From Candidatus Amesbacteria bacterium GW2011_GWC2_45_19 (lineage in GTDB: Bacteria > Patescibacteriota > Microgenomatia > CAZETR01 > Amesbacteraceae): a stretch of 64,000 nt of DNA. How positions within the stretch are numbered: the stretch's first letter is position 1; each line of letters opens with the position of its first letter. The notes beneath the pieces are model-generated. The model saw nothing but the letters and a program-made list of their open reading frames with translations. It was not told where the DNA came from and searched no databases. The stretch spans positions 36,130 to 100,129 of the forward strand of contig LCKS01000004.1 of the NCBI GenBank assembly GCA_001001555.1, given 5' to 3'. The position numbers and the translations under genes are program-made. Below, piece by piece: positions 9,890-19,095 of the stretch.

Positions 9890-9895
9890 TTCTAA

Positions 9896-10135
9896 ATGAC
9901 TAACCTATCTATTTCCCAACTCAAAATGAATCCGCGCCAGGCAATATTGGCGGCTCTTGACTATCCAGTAGCTATTAAAAGCCGGAATCAGGTTCAAGGT
10001 TATTTGGTCGGAAAGGATCTCTATGAAAAAATCATTACTTATATTGAAGATTTTATAGACCAAAGAGCTATCAAACATACGGACTTTTCCAAAGGTAGAG
10101 ATTTTGAAACCGTCGCCAAAAAACTGGGAATATGA
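9896..10135 (+). CDS. Phd/YefM-like antitoxin
   Basis: 79 aa, SISQLK..P...PVAI; overlaps the downstream RelE-like gene by ATGA. Confidence 0.75.
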   Translation: MTNLSISQLKMNPRQAILAALDYPVAIKSRNQVQGYLVGKDLYEKIITYIEDFIDQRAIKHTDFSKGRDFETVAKKLGI

Positions 10136-10398
10136 GGGTCGTTCTTTCTCCCCGGGCGGAAAAGCAGTTAAAAAAATTACCTAAGATTGCCCAAATTGCG
10201 GCGGCTAATAAAATTAGATCAATAAGAGATAACGATATTACCGTCAATGAAGAGAAATTGGGCGGTTATAAGAATATCTATCGGGTCAGAATCGGAGACT
10301 ACCGGATTGTCTACCGCAAAATGGTTGGGGAACTATATATTGTCTTAATCCATCACCGTAAAGACGTTTATCTCCTACTCCATCGACTATTTAATTAG
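10132..10398 (+). CDS. relE: RelE/ParE family toxin
   Basis: AEKQLKKL...YRVRIGDYRIVY...HRKDVY. Confidence 0.92.
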   Translation: MRVVLSPRAEKQLKKLPKIAQIAAANKIRSIRDNDITVNEEKLGGYKNIYRVRIGDYRIVYRKMVGELYIVLIHHRKDVYLLLHRLFN

Positions 10399-10413
10399 TC
10401 TGATCGCTAGAGC

Positions 10414-10689
10414 TTGAGGGACATGCTAAAAATTCCTAAACAAATATATTTCGATCAGGAAACACTTACCCTCTATTCGGAATACGCTCAGATGGAACAT
10501 AAACCATTCGCCCTTGTCATCCGAGAAGTCTTAGCTGAAAAAGCCCCAGCGATCAAAAAACGTGTTGCCAAAACCGTAACAAAAAGTTCTTCCCTGCTTG
10601 ATCTTTATGGTTCTGTCAAAAGCCCGTACAAAAAACGTTTCTCTTCAGAGGAAGAACGGGCTTCCTTCGAAATGAGGATACGCTCATAA
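10414..10689 (+). CDS. putative ribbon-helix-helix antitoxin
   Basis: KQIYFD...ALVIREVL and LLDLYG pattern; precedes a PIN fragment. Confidence 0.6.
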   Translation: MRDMLKIPKQIYFDQETLTLYSEYAQMEHKPFALVIREVLAEKAPAIKKRVAKTVTKSSSLLDLYGSVKSPYKKRFSSEEERASFEMRIRS

Positions 10690-10858
10690 ATATACACTCG
10701 TGCTAGCCCCGGTACTTTTTTTGGAGTTAACGTGGCTACTCAATTCATTTTATAAACAGAAAAAGGACTCAGTCATTTTGATACTCAAGAAAATGCTTAG
10801 TTTCTCAAATTTTGAAGTCATTGAAAAAGAACTTGTCACAAACATGGTATCTCTATAG
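10676..10858 (+). pseudogene. internal fragment of a VapC/PIN toxin
   Basis: Frame reads LAPVLFLELTWLLNSFYKQKKDSVILILKKMLSFSNFEVIEKELV, like the middle of the adjacent VapC (FVFSEIEWVLRSAYELDK); the N-terminal DTN motif and C-terminus are missing. Confidence 0.65.
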
Positions 10859-10960
10859 CGAGCGGGAATGGGATCTGAGCCAGGAGGAGATGGCTTTTAA
10901 TTCAGGCTGGGAATTGTCCACATAAACCATAAAATCGGCGGCTTCTTTAAATATAAATCC
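10853..10960 (-). pseudogene. C-terminal remnant of a Doc/Fic toxin
   Basis: Reads KEAADFMVYVDNSQPELKAISSWLRSHSRSL*, versus intact Doc KEIVKFMVSVANQNLSVDEISSWLKSN; 10871-10891 matches 11694-11714 at 20/21 nt. Confidence 0.7.
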
Positions 10961-10969
10961 CACCTGTAA

Positions 10970-11359
10970 TTACGGTTCGAGGCGTTTTACCCAATTAAAT
11001 TTACTTAACCCCTTATCATACGAATATATCTCTCTAACATTGTCATCTTTAATAAGAAATATATTCAAACAGTCGGTCCAGTCCACAGTATGAGACTCGT
11101 AAAATTCTATTGCTTTTACAAGTATCATCTTGTTATCAATTTCAATATTAGAAGATATAACTGTTTTCAAACATTTCACGACAACACGTTTATCCAACTC
11201 ATATGCTGACCTTAATACCCACTCAATCTCAGAAAAAACAAAGCTGGAAGTCTGTAAATTTTTCGCTTCTTTTAATAAAGCTTTGCACCTGTCTGATTTG
11301 TTGCCAAACCTCACAAACACTTCAATAAAAATATTAGTATCTACGAATTTATTTACCAT
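10970..11359 (-). CDS. vapC: VapC/PIN-domain toxin
   Basis: MVNKFVDTNIF...SEIEWVL...DWTDC...YSYDK; start re-called at ATG 11359, overlapping the antitoxin stop. Confidence 0.88.
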   Translation of the reverse strand: MVNKFVDTNIFIEVFVRFGNKSDRCKALLKEAKNLQTSSFVFSEIEWVLRSAYELDKRVVVKCLKTVISSNIEIDNKMILVKAIEFYESHTVDWTDCLNIFLIKDDNVREIYSYDKGLSKFNWVKRLEP

Positions 11360-11615
11360 ATTTCTTGGCGAGTCTTTGGGCTTCTTTTTTCCTAGCGATT
11401 TCAATGATTTGTAATGTTGAATATTTTTTAGAAATAGGATGATTTGCCAAAAGACCCTGCAGACTATCCCAATCATCCTCTGCCTTTTCCAAAAAAATGG
11501 TATTATCTTTAACTTTCGTCCATAATTTACTTCCTTTATTCAGTCCCAATAGGGAGACAATAGATACCGGCAAAGTAAGCTGATTTTTTGAAGTTAACGT
11601 CAATAATGTATTCAT
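11349..11615 (-). CDS. AbrB/MazE/SpoVT-family antitoxin
   Basis: LTSKNQLTLP...LGLNKG. Confidence 0.85.
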   Translation of the reverse strand: MNTLLTLTSKNQLTLPVSIVSLLGLNKGSKLWTKVKDNTIFLEKAEDDWDSLQGLLANHPISKKYSTLQIIEIARKKEAQRLAKKYGK

Positions 11616-11618
11616 CCC

Positions 11619-12059
11619 TTACTTTATAACATCTTCCTTACTCTTTGTCAACATCCTTACTTTTATCCTAGAGACCACCAGCATGTATCCGTTGGATTTG
11701 AGCCAGGAGGAGATTTCGTCAACGGAGAGATTTTGATTGGCTACAGAAACCATAAATTTCACTATCTCTTTCTCTCTAGCTGTGATTTTAACTCCGTTTA
11801 GGGATAGAAAGTTGTAAGTAGTAATAAAAGCGGTGCGTTTATTACCATCTATGAAGGGATGATTTTTAACGATAGACTGGATGAGGGCTCCGGCTTTGAG
11901 AAAAATGTCGGGGTATAAGTCCTGGCCATCGAAAGTGGCGAAAGGGCGGAAAATAGCTGACTGAAGCATACTGGTATCCCGAATACCAGAGGATCCGCCG
12001 TATTTTTGGATTGCCCGCTCGTGAACTGCCAAAACCTGTTTAAGAGTAAAACTTATCAC
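11619..12059 (-). CDS. doc: death-on-curing (Doc/Fic) toxin
   Basis: GIRD...LQSA and HPFIDGNKRT motif. Confidence 0.92.
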   Translation of the reverse strand: MISFTLKQVLAVHERAIQKYGGSSGIRDTSMLQSAIFRPFATFDGQDLYPDIFLKAGALIQSIVKNHPFIDGNKRTAFITTYNFLSLNGVKITAREKEIVKFMVSVANQNLSVDEISSWLKSNGYMLVVSRIKVRMLTKSKEDVIK

Positions 12060-12307
12060 TGAAGTTGGGCTAGTTCTTTGAGAGCGTGACCATAGCGTTT
12101 TTCCACCTCTTTAATTAAATCAAACCACTCTTTATCCGGGGCGGTCGCATATTGGGTGGATCTGGGAATATGGGTAGAATAAGTGATAGATCCGTCTGTG
12201 TGGGCAACGGAAATTTTGGAATTTTTGGTGACTTTGTTTTTGGTGACAAAATCTCTTGGAAGAGTGACACCCAAAGAATTTCCAATTTGGACGACGGATT
12301 GGATCAT
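12056..12307 (-). CDS. AbrB/MazE-type antitoxin (Doc partner)
   Basis: QIGNSLGVTLP...RYGHALKELA. Confidence 0.85.
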   Translation of the reverse strand: MIQSVVQIGNSLGVTLPRDFVTKNKVTKNSKISVAHTDGSITYSTHIPRSTQYATAPDKEWFDLIKEVEKRYGHALKELAQLQ

Positions 12308-12314
12308 GGGCTTA

Positions 12315-12343
12315 TGTTATAACATGTTATAACGGTTTGTCAA
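12315..12343 (-). promoter_or_regulatory. promoter with palindromic operator for antitoxin-doc
   Basis: Minus strand TTGACA...TATAAC overlaps the palindrome gttataacatgttataac, just upstream of ATG 12307. Confidence 0.65.
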
Positions 12344-12363
12344 GAGGGCTTGAGGGGCGTGCC

Positions 12364-12576
12364 CTACTTCGCTTGTGGGCTACGTAAGGGTGAACCGCCG
12401 CGGTGGAAGAAGCGGCGCAGGTGGGTGGAAAGTTCCGGGGGAGATTTACCTTTGAATTGCTTGATAGCGATGCGGATGTCGCGCAGAAGAAGAACTGTTT
12501 CGATGGTTACAAAGACCAGGAGAATGGTCAGGGTGACGATGACTATAACGAGTAAGAATTGAGCCAAATTAGTCAT
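12364..12576 (-). CDS. small membrane hypothetical protein
   Basis: N-terminal TM and basic tail; overlaps the upstream gene stop. Confidence 0.6.
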   Translation of the reverse strand: MTNLAQFLLVIVIVTLTILLVFVTIETVLLLRDIRIAIKQFKGKSPPELSTHLRRFFHRGGSPLRSPQAK

Positions 12577-13205
12577 TTTTTAACAACGGTACGCATCAGA
12601 CTGGCAGTCTTGCCGGACTTGGAAGTAGCCATAATAGAAATAATATTGTCTCCTGGTGTGAGAGGCAGGCGGAGAAAGAAACGGCCGCCTTTTTCCAGAG
12701 CCACCAGCTGGCCGTTAACTGAAACGGTGGCTTCCGGGCTAGTGATACCCACAACTTCAACGGTGGCCTCGGTGGTTTCTTGCCTATCAATTGGCATAAC
12801 TAGGCGCAGAGAAGGCGGGCCGGTGAGCACCCGGTATTGGAAAATGAGATAAGCCCCAAAGAGAGTAAAAATTAGGGCGATGGCGGCAATGATAGTGGTG
12901 CGCGGGGTCCAAAAACTGACTTCACTCACCGGTTTGACCATCCCCCGGGGGATAATTTGCCCTTGCTCGTTTTCCCCAAAATCCCGGCGGAAAATGGCCA
13001 GGATACTTTCCGGCTTTAACTCTAAAAATTCACTGTAATTTCTGATAAATCCCCGGGCTACCGCCCCCGAAGGCAATTGGGTGTAATCGTCGGCTTCGAC
13101 GGCATCTAAAAAGCGGGCCCGGATGCGGGTGATACGGGAAACATCCTTGAGATCCAGCTTTTGAGCGTTACGGGCTGTCTGCAGAATTTGGCCGACTGTT
13201 TTCAT
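12573..13205 (-). CDS. RodZ-like HTH membrane protein with Ig-like C-terminus
   Basis: TVGQIL..AR...TRIR..FL.A.E..DY..LP....RGFIRNY, then TM; lies downstream of ftsK. Confidence 0.8.
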   Translation of the reverse strand: MKTVGQILQTARNAQKLDLKDVSRITRIRARFLDAVEADDYTQLPSGAVARGFIRNYSEFLELKPESILAIFRRDFGENEQGQIIPRGMVKPVSEVSFWTPRTTIIAAIALIFTLFGAYLIFQYRVLTGPPSLRLVMPIDRQETTEATVEVVGITSPEATVSVNGQLVALEKGGRFFLRLPLTPGDNIISIMATSKSGKTASLMRTVVKK

Positions 13206-15288
13206 TTCCTAATTGATCCAGGCTTTTAATAAGAATATCCCGGGGTTTGGCTCCGGCGGCCGGGCCGATGATGCCGGCCTGCTGCAGCTCATCCAAAATC
13301 CGGGCGGCCCGGGCATAACCGATGCTTAACTTGCGCTGCAAAAACGAAGCGGAGGCGTTGTTAGCCGAAAGAATCAGGCGGACAGCGTCTTCAAATAATG
13401 GATCCCGGTCCTCGCCGTTGGGGGAAATGAAACTCCGGCCTTTTTGGCCCACAGACATAGAGGTGACTTCCTCGGTATAGTGGGGGGCCACTCCCTGTTT
13501 TTTCAAAAACTCGATCAACTGGTGAATTTCCCGGTCGGAAACAAAGGCGCCCTGAATACGGGTAGGTTTGGCCTGGTCCGGGGGAATGTAGAGCATATCT
13601 CCGCGTCCCAAAAGTTTTTCGGCGCCGGGCTGGTCGATGATGACTTTGGAATCGATCATGGAGGAAACGGCAAAGGCAATCCGGGTGGGAATATTGGCTT
13701 TGATCAGGCCGGTGATAATATCCACGGAGGGACGTTGGGTGGCCAAAACTAAGTGCAGGCCGGTGGCCCGGGCCATTTGGGCAATGCGGGTAATGGCATC
13801 CTCCACTTCCACCTGGGCATAGAGCATGATATCTGCCAATTCGTCGATAACAATAATGATATACGGCAAAGCCTGGAAACCGGACAATTCGTTGTAGGCG
13901 TCGATGTTTCTGGCGCCGACTTCGGCAAAAAGTTTGTAGCGGCGGTCCATTTCGCCGGTGGCCCATTTGAGGGCCGAAAGGACCTTGGCCGGTTCGACGA
14001 TAACCGGACAGAGCAAGTGAGGAATACCATTATAGTTAGTCAGTTCCACCCGTTTGGGGTCGACCATAATCAGATTAACCTCGCTGGGCGAGGTGCGGAA
14101 AAGCAGGGAGCCGATAAAAGCATTGATGCACACGGATTTGCCGGAACCGGTGGCGCCGGCGATTAAAACGTGGGGCATTTTGGCAATATCCGCTACAATA
14201 GGATTACCGGAGACGTCCAGGCCTAGAGCCACGGCCAGCTTGCTTTTGTGATGCTTCATGGGATCCGACTCCAGCATTTTGCGCAAAGACACAAATTCAG
14301 GAGAGCGGTTGGGAAGTTCTATGCCGACCAGGGACCGGCCGGGGATAGGAGCTTCAATACGGATTTGGCCGGTGGGAGCGGCCAGGGCCAAGGCTAAATC
14401 ATTAGACAGGGCGGAAATTTTGGAAAGCTTGGTGCCGATAGCTACCTCTAAAGCGTATTGGGTGACGGCCGGGCCATAATTAATTTCGGAAACTTTGGCG
14501 GTAATGCCAAAAGCGTCCAGGGTTTTTTCAATAGTACCGGCGTTGGTTTTGGTATCTCCCCGGTCGGCTTTGCCGGAGATATTTTCAGACAGCAGAGACA
14601 GGGGGGGGAAATGCCACGGCGTTTCGGAAGCGGAAGGCGGCAGGGGGGGGCGGAAATGCGACAGCTGCGCTGGAGAAGCTGGGGACGGCGGGGTAAATGG
14701 GGGAGGAGTTGCCATGCCGGAAAATTTAATGACTCTTTGAGTGGGGGCTTGGGAAACTTTTTTGAATTTGGATAAGAAATTTCTTACCCGAGAAAAAGTT
14801 TTGCCAAAAAAGGCTAAGACGTCCTCAAAAGGAATGTTGAACATAATAATCACACCAATAGATAAGCCAGCCAGTAAAAATAAGCCGGCACCCGGCGGTG
14901 ATAAAAATGAGCTGCTGCCCTGCCAGAGCTGATTACCCAATTGGCCGCCGCGGGATAGCCCGGCCAGAGCGGCCAAAACCACAAAGCTGCCAATAAAAAC
15001 ATGGGGCTCGGCCAGGCTGGATCTGATTTTGGTCAGCATCAGGCCACCCACAATAAAGGGAAAGGGCAGGAAGAAAGTGGTGAGGACGCCGAATTGAGTA
15101 GTGAGTAGTGAGTAGAGAGTGGAGAGGAGAGGTCCTTGTTTGGTAAAAGACAGCCAGATGAGGCCGGCGATAGCAAATAAGAGGATGGCGGTGATGGAGT
15201 AAATGACAGACTTTTTTAATTTGACTTTGAATGAAGTCTTGCGGCCAAAGAATGCGCGGGTTCTGGGCATGAACTTATTATACCTCAA
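13168..15288 (-). CDS. ftsK: DNA translocase FtsK
   Basis: N-terminal TMs, PHVLIAGATGSGKS, VIDELAD, ATQRPS, LQRKLSIGYARAAR gamma domain; true start may be ATG 15270. Confidence 0.97.
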   Translation of the reverse strand: MRYNKFMPRTRAFFGRKTSFKVKLKKSVIYSITAILLFAIAGLIWLSFTKQGPLLSTLYSLLTTQFGVLTTFFLPFPFIVGGLMLTKIRSSLAEPHVFIGSFVVLAALAGLSRGGQLGNQLWQGSSSFLSPPGAGLFLLAGLSIGVIIMFNIPFEDVLAFFGKTFSRVRNFLSKFKKVSQAPTQRVIKFSGMATPPPFTPPSPASPAQLSHFRPPLPPSASETPWHFPPLSLLSENISGKADRGDTKTNAGTIEKTLDAFGITAKVSEINYGPAVTQYALEVAIGTKLSKISALSNDLALALAAPTGQIRIEAPIPGRSLVGIELPNRSPEFVSLRKMLESDPMKHHKSKLAVALGLDVSGNPIVADIAKMPHVLIAGATGSGKSVCINAFIGSLLFRTSPSEVNLIMVDPKRVELTNYNGIPHLLCPVIVEPAKVLSALKWATGEMDRRYKLFAEVGARNIDAYNELSGFQALPYIIIVIDELADIMLYAQVEVEDAITRIAQMARATGLHLVLATQRPSVDIITGLIKANIPTRIAFAVSSMIDSKVIIDQPGAEKLLGRGDMLYIPPDQAKPTRIQGAFVSDREIHQLIEFLKKQGVAPHYTEEVTSMSVGQKGRSFISPNGEDRDPLFEDAVRLILSANNASASFLQRKLSIGYARAARILDELQQAGIIGPAAGAKPRDILIKSLDQLGNENSRPNSADSP

Positions 15289-16933
15289 CTACCACCGGCA
15301 GGATCATGGGGCGGCGGCCGGTGCGGTCGAAGAAGAAACGCTCCAGGGTATCGGATATTAACTCCCGCAGGCGGCGCTCGGAATCGATGTGGCCCAGGCG
15401 GCGCAGGACAGTTTGTTTAACCAGAGCCCCGGCCTCGGCTAAAAGATTAGTGTTTTCTTTGTTGAAAACAAAACCCCGGCTGATAAGGTCCACGTTTTCA
15501 ATCCGGGACAGCTGGTTTTGCTTGGCTTGGATAACGGCCACTACTACGCCCTCTTCGGCCAGGACCCGGCGGTCCCGCAGAACCACATGGCCCACATCTC
15601 CGACTCCCAGGCCATCGACCATGATGTTTTTAACATCAACCACCGGGCCGGCTTTGACGAGGTCCGGAGTTACTTCGATAGTTTGGTTGTATTCGGGAAG
15701 GAGAATTTGGGCTTCCTGATAACCCATAGATTGGGCCAGGCGGGAATATTGAACCATATGCCGGTAGGTGCCGCCGATGGGAACCAGATATTTAGGCCGG
15801 GTCAGGGCTATCATTAGCAGTAAATCTTGTTGGCTGCCGTGGCCGGAGACGTGCAGATTATCGGTGATATTGGAATAAACGACGGTGGCCCCGAGTTTAG
15901 AGAGAGAATCAATCAAAGATTGAGTGGCCGACTCGGTGCCGGGAATATAGTCCGAGGAAAAAACAATTTTGTCTCCGGGCTTGATAACGGCGTCTTGATG
16001 TTCGCCCGCAGCCAGCCGTTCCATGGCCGAGCCAGTCTGGCCCTGGGAACCGGCTACTAATAAACATAAATTTTGCGCGGGCAACTTGCGGGCTTGTTTA
16101 GGGTCGACAAATACCCCTTTGGGGACTTTGAGATAGCCTAGGTTTTGAGCTACGTTTAGGTTGCGGCCAATGGACCGGCCCAGAATGGCCACCCGCCGGC
16201 CGTGACGGATGGCGGCATCGATAGCCTGGCGGAAACGGCTAATATTGCTGCCCATGGTGGTGACGATGAATTTGCCGGGGCAATGGTTAATTTCCCGCTC
16301 AAACATTTCTTCCAGGGTTTTTTCGGAAGGAGTGTGGCCTTTGCGCTCGCTGCCCAAACAATCGGAAAGCAGGAGATGGATGCCGGAGTTGCCGGCGGCG
16401 GCGATGCGGCCGATATCGGGAAGGACGCCGTCAACAGGAGAAAAATCAAATTTAAAATCGCTGCCGTGGTAAACGGTACCGGCGGGAGTTTTAATAATTA
16501 AATTGGTGGCATCCGGAATGGAATGAGAAATGCGGGCAGATTCGACGGTAAATTTTCCCAAGGTTAGGGACTGGCCAGGAACTAAAATATTTACTTGCTT
16601 GGGAATCCCTTCGTATTCGGCCAGCTTTTCCATAACCAGGTGGGCGGTGAGTTTGCTGGCATAAACCGGTACGCCTTTGAGCTGGGGCAGGATGTAGGGC
16701 AGGGCGCCGGTGTGATCTTCGTGGCCGTGGGTGAGAACTAAAGCCCTGACCCGGTTAAGTTTGTTTTTAAGATATGAAATATCGGGAATTAATAGATCCA
16801 CTCCCAGCATGTCTTCGGTGGGAAAACCGATGCCGCAGTCAACCAACAAAATATCGTCGCCATATTCGTAAACGAACATGTTGGACGTTACCTTACCAAA
16901 ACCCCCCAATGAAATGATTTTCAAATTTTCCAT
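15278..16933 (-). CDS. rnj: ribonuclease J
   Basis: THGHEDH, HSIPD, DFKFD, GSQG, HVSGH motifs. Confidence 0.96.
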   Translation of the reverse strand: MENLKIISLGGFGKVTSNMFVYEYGDDILLVDCGIGFPTEDMLGVDLLIPDISYLKNKLNRVRALVLTHGHEDHTGALPYILPQLKGVPVYASKLTAHLVMEKLAEYEGIPKQVNILVPGQSLTLGKFTVESARISHSIPDATNLIIKTPAGTVYHGSDFKFDFSPVDGVLPDIGRIAAAGNSGIHLLLSDCLGSERKGHTPSEKTLEEMFEREINHCPGKFIVTTMGSNISRFRQAIDAAIRHGRRVAILGRSIGRNLNVAQNLGYLKVPKGVFVDPKQARKLPAQNLCLLVAGSQGQTGSAMERLAAGEHQDAVIKPGDKIVFSSDYIPGTESATQSLIDSLSKLGATVVYSNITDNLHVSGHGSQQDLLLMIALTRPKYLVPIGGTYRHMVQYSRLAQSMGYQEAQILLPEYNQTIEVTPDLVKAGPVVDVKNIMVDGLGVGDVGHVVLRDRRVLAEEGVVVAVIQAKQNQLSRIENVDLISRGFVFNKENTNLLAEAGALVKQTVLRRLGHIDSERRLRELISDTLERFFFDRTGRRPMILPVVVEV

Positions 16934-16934
16934 G

Positions 16935-17564
16935 TCAAAATAAACTGGCTTGACTGGGAGTATTATCCTCTATTTTGGCTTGGGGCGCCAGCAGATTTTT
17001 TAATTTAACAAAGTCGGCTTTAAAAGCGTTCATCATGGTGGTACCACGCAGGGCGGCGGCCGGGTGATACATAGGAAATATGATTAGTTGATAGTTCATG
17101 GTTGATGGTTGATAGTAGCGGGCAACGCCGTGGATTTGGGAAATGGTGACGCCGGGGATGAATTTGGTCATACTGAAACGGCCCAATGTAACAATAATCT
17201 TGGGAGAAATAATTTTTATCTGCCGGTCCAGCCAATCGGCGCAGGCGGCAATTTCGTTATCAAACGGGTCGCGGTTGTCCGGAGGCCGGAATTTAACAAT
17301 ATTGGTAATATACACATCCCCGCGCTTTAGGCCTAAAACTTCCAGTAGAGTTTTCTCCAACAACATCCCGGCTTGACCGACAAAAGGGCGGCCCTGCATA
17401 TCCTCGTTATACCCCGGCGATTCGCCGATAAACATAATGGCCGCGTCAGGATCACCCTCTCCGGGTACAGCGTGCGTAGCATTTTTAGCAATATCCAAGC
17501 CCTTAAAGGCTTTTATTTCCCGGGCAATTTTCTCCAGCTCTTGCTTTTTTTGATCCGTAGTCAT
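16935..17564 (-). CDS. uracil-DNA glycosylase family 4
   Basis: GESPG..ED..GRPFVG.AG, NIVKFRPP.NR, YHPAAALR motifs. Confidence 0.93.
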   Translation of the reverse strand: MTTDQKKQELEKIAREIKAFKGLDIAKNATHAVPGEGDPDAAIMFIGESPGYNEDMQGRPFVGQAGMLLEKTLLEVLGLKRGDVYITNIVKFRPPDNRDPFDNEIAACADWLDRQIKIISPKIIVTLGRFSMTKFIPGVTISQIHGVARYYQPSTMNYQLIIFPMYHPAAALRGTTMMNAFKADFVKLKNLLAPQAKIEDNTPSQASLF

Positions 17565-17570
17565 CTCTCA

Positions 17571-17610
17571 ATAACTCCCTCTCATTCTCCCTCTTAATCT
17601 AAGAGGGAGA
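17571..17610 (-). repeat. hairpin repeat (family A half-element) supplying the phosphoesterase stop codon
   Basis: Minus strand tctccctcttagattaagagggagaatgagagggagttat, similar to 25804-25841 and 27012-27048. Confidence 0.7.
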
Positions 17611-18100
17611 CGCTAGTATAACTGCTAGATAAGGTGTCATAAATTCCAAAAGATGCGGGAGCTAGTTTGCCGGAAATGATGCCGCAGATGGAGCCGGGGT
17701 TGGCAAGCAAAGTTTTGCCTACTTGCTCTTGATAGGCTTTGTGGGTGTGACCGTGGAAAACCGCGTCATAATCTCCCGTTCCGGCCAAAAGTTTGCCGAG
17801 TTTGGGATAATGACAGAAGGCGATTTTTTTACTTTCCAATTCTACTTCGGCAAATTCTTTGGTTAGAGGCCAAAGCTGGACAGCTTTTAATTTTTCGGAA
17901 ATGGCAAATTGATCCTCATCATTATTCCCAAAACAAGCATAAATTGGTAAGGCTGATTCGGCTAAAATTACAGCCGTAAATGGAGCGCAAAAGTCTCCGC
18001 AAAAAATTATGACCTCGCATTTTTGCTCTTTGATTATTTGAATCGCCTTCCGCAGGTTCCAAATATGATCGTGGGTATCTGATAAAACTGCTATTTTCAT
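17594..18100 (-). CDS. YfcE-like metallophosphoesterase
   Basis: SDTHD, CGD, GNND, HGHTH, NPGS motifs. Confidence 0.92.
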   Translation of the reverse strand: MKIAVLSDTHDHIWNLRKAIQIIKEQKCEVIIFCGDFCAPFTAVILAESALPIYACFGNNDEDQFAISEKLKAVQLWPLTKEFAEVELESKKIAFCHYPKLGKLLAGTGDYDAVFHGHTHKAYQEQVGKTLLANPGSICGIISGKLAPASFGIYDTLSSSYTSVSLLD

Positions 18101-18222
18101 TAGTAGGTGGGCAGGAATTGTTTGAGATTGTTTTTCATTTCCACACCCAATGGTCCGTAGTCATAAAAGTCCTGCAAGCCTTCGTTTTTGCACAGGCTGA
18201 CAATTTTTTCCATGAGGTCCAT
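18100..18222 (-). pseudogene. chimeric remnant: glyS 5' fragment fused to a duplicate lon 3' end
   Basis: [34 protein letters not shown] resembles the alpha2 GlyRS N-terminus with an internal deletion; NLKQFLPTY* is identical to the C-terminus of 19096..20076. Confidence 0.72.
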
Positions 18223-18348
18223 GTGTTTAGTTTACAACAAAAAGCTCTTCTTTCCAATTCCGACTCGATTTGTCGTTTGGCGCGGCCGCGACTAACGGCA
18301 AAATTGACGGGTACTGACAAATAGTTTGTGGGGATAAAATACTTCAGT

Positions 18349-18387
18349 AGTTTTCTCCAACTCAATTTTCTTTTCATCGGTAGTCAT
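18349..18387 (-). pseudogene. duplicate 5' fragment of the UDG gene
   Basis: MTTDEKKIELEK versus UDG MTTDQKKQELEK (10/12); its ATG overlaps the vapC stop. Confidence 0.65.
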
Positions 18388-18803
18388 CGTAAGGGGTTGA
18401 TTACTTTAATATCTTTCATAGGATAGTGCTTGATGTTCATGGTCAAAAGAGTCAGTTTGTGAATTTTGCAAGTTGCGGCGATTAAATAATCTATTAAGTT
18501 AATATTAACGTTTCGATACTTATTCCAATACTCTCCTGCCAGTTTTGCTATCGCGAAGTTTATGGGGACCTGGTTATGCCACTTGAAAAAGTGTCTGTTC
18601 GAGGCCTCTTCTTCGGGAAAAGAATTTTTGTAAATTTCGCCAACCGTTAAGATAGAGATAGCTACGAACTGATCATCCACTATTTTTGAAACTGCTTCAA
18701 TTGCCCTTTCATTCCCCCTGATTATCCAAATTGAGACATCTGAATCAAGTAAAAATCTATCTTTCCTTTTTGGGCTTGGCATAGGGAATATATGAATAAT
18801 CAC
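18384..18803 (-). CDS. vapC: VapC/PIN-domain toxin
   Basis: FLLDSDV..., TVGEI, DYLIAAT, LLTMNIKHY motifs; start may be ATG 18782. Confidence 0.9.
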   Translation of the reverse strand: MIIHIFPMPSPKRKDRFLLDSDVSIWIIRGNERAIEAVSKIVDDQFVAISILTVGEIYKNSFPEEEASNRHFFKWHNQVPINFAIAKLAGEYWNKYRNVNINLIDYLIAATCKIHKLTLLTMNIKHYPMKDIKVINPLR

Positions 18804-19068
18804 GGTTAGTTGCGGCCCGGCCTTCGTTTACCCAGTTTACAATGTTTTCCATGTTTTCCCATCCAGGCCGGCTTCTTACGCCCAACACACCGGTAAACTT
18901 TCTCAACGCATCCGCATAAGAAACTTTTCTCTTTCTCAATTTCAACTGCTTGCCAACCGCCATAGCCACAAAACGGCTTCTTTGCCTAGTGGACACTTGA
19001 TCTTTCAGGTCTGAGTATAAGTCCCAAGGCAACGTAAAATTCACTCTAGTCGTTGTTTGCATATACAC
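18757..19068 (-). CDS. RHH-type antitoxin
   Basis: RVNFTLP....L......RSRFV..A; upstream direct repeats aagtgtgtata overlap the promoter. Confidence 0.78.
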   Translation of the reverse strand: MYMQTTTRVNFTLPWDLYSDLKDQVSTRQRSRFVAMAVGKQLKLRKRKVSYADALRKFTGVLGVRSRPGWENMENIVNWVNEGRAATNRDYSYIPYAKPKKER

Positions 19069-19095
19069 ACTTTATATCACCATTATACACACTTG

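Noticed and set aside
18135..18377. 80-aa minus-strand ORF as a real gene
   Set aside because: It crosses the udg-like and glyS-like remnants out of frame and is better explained as scar sequence. A recO-tail origin for RQIESELERR is possible but unsupported.
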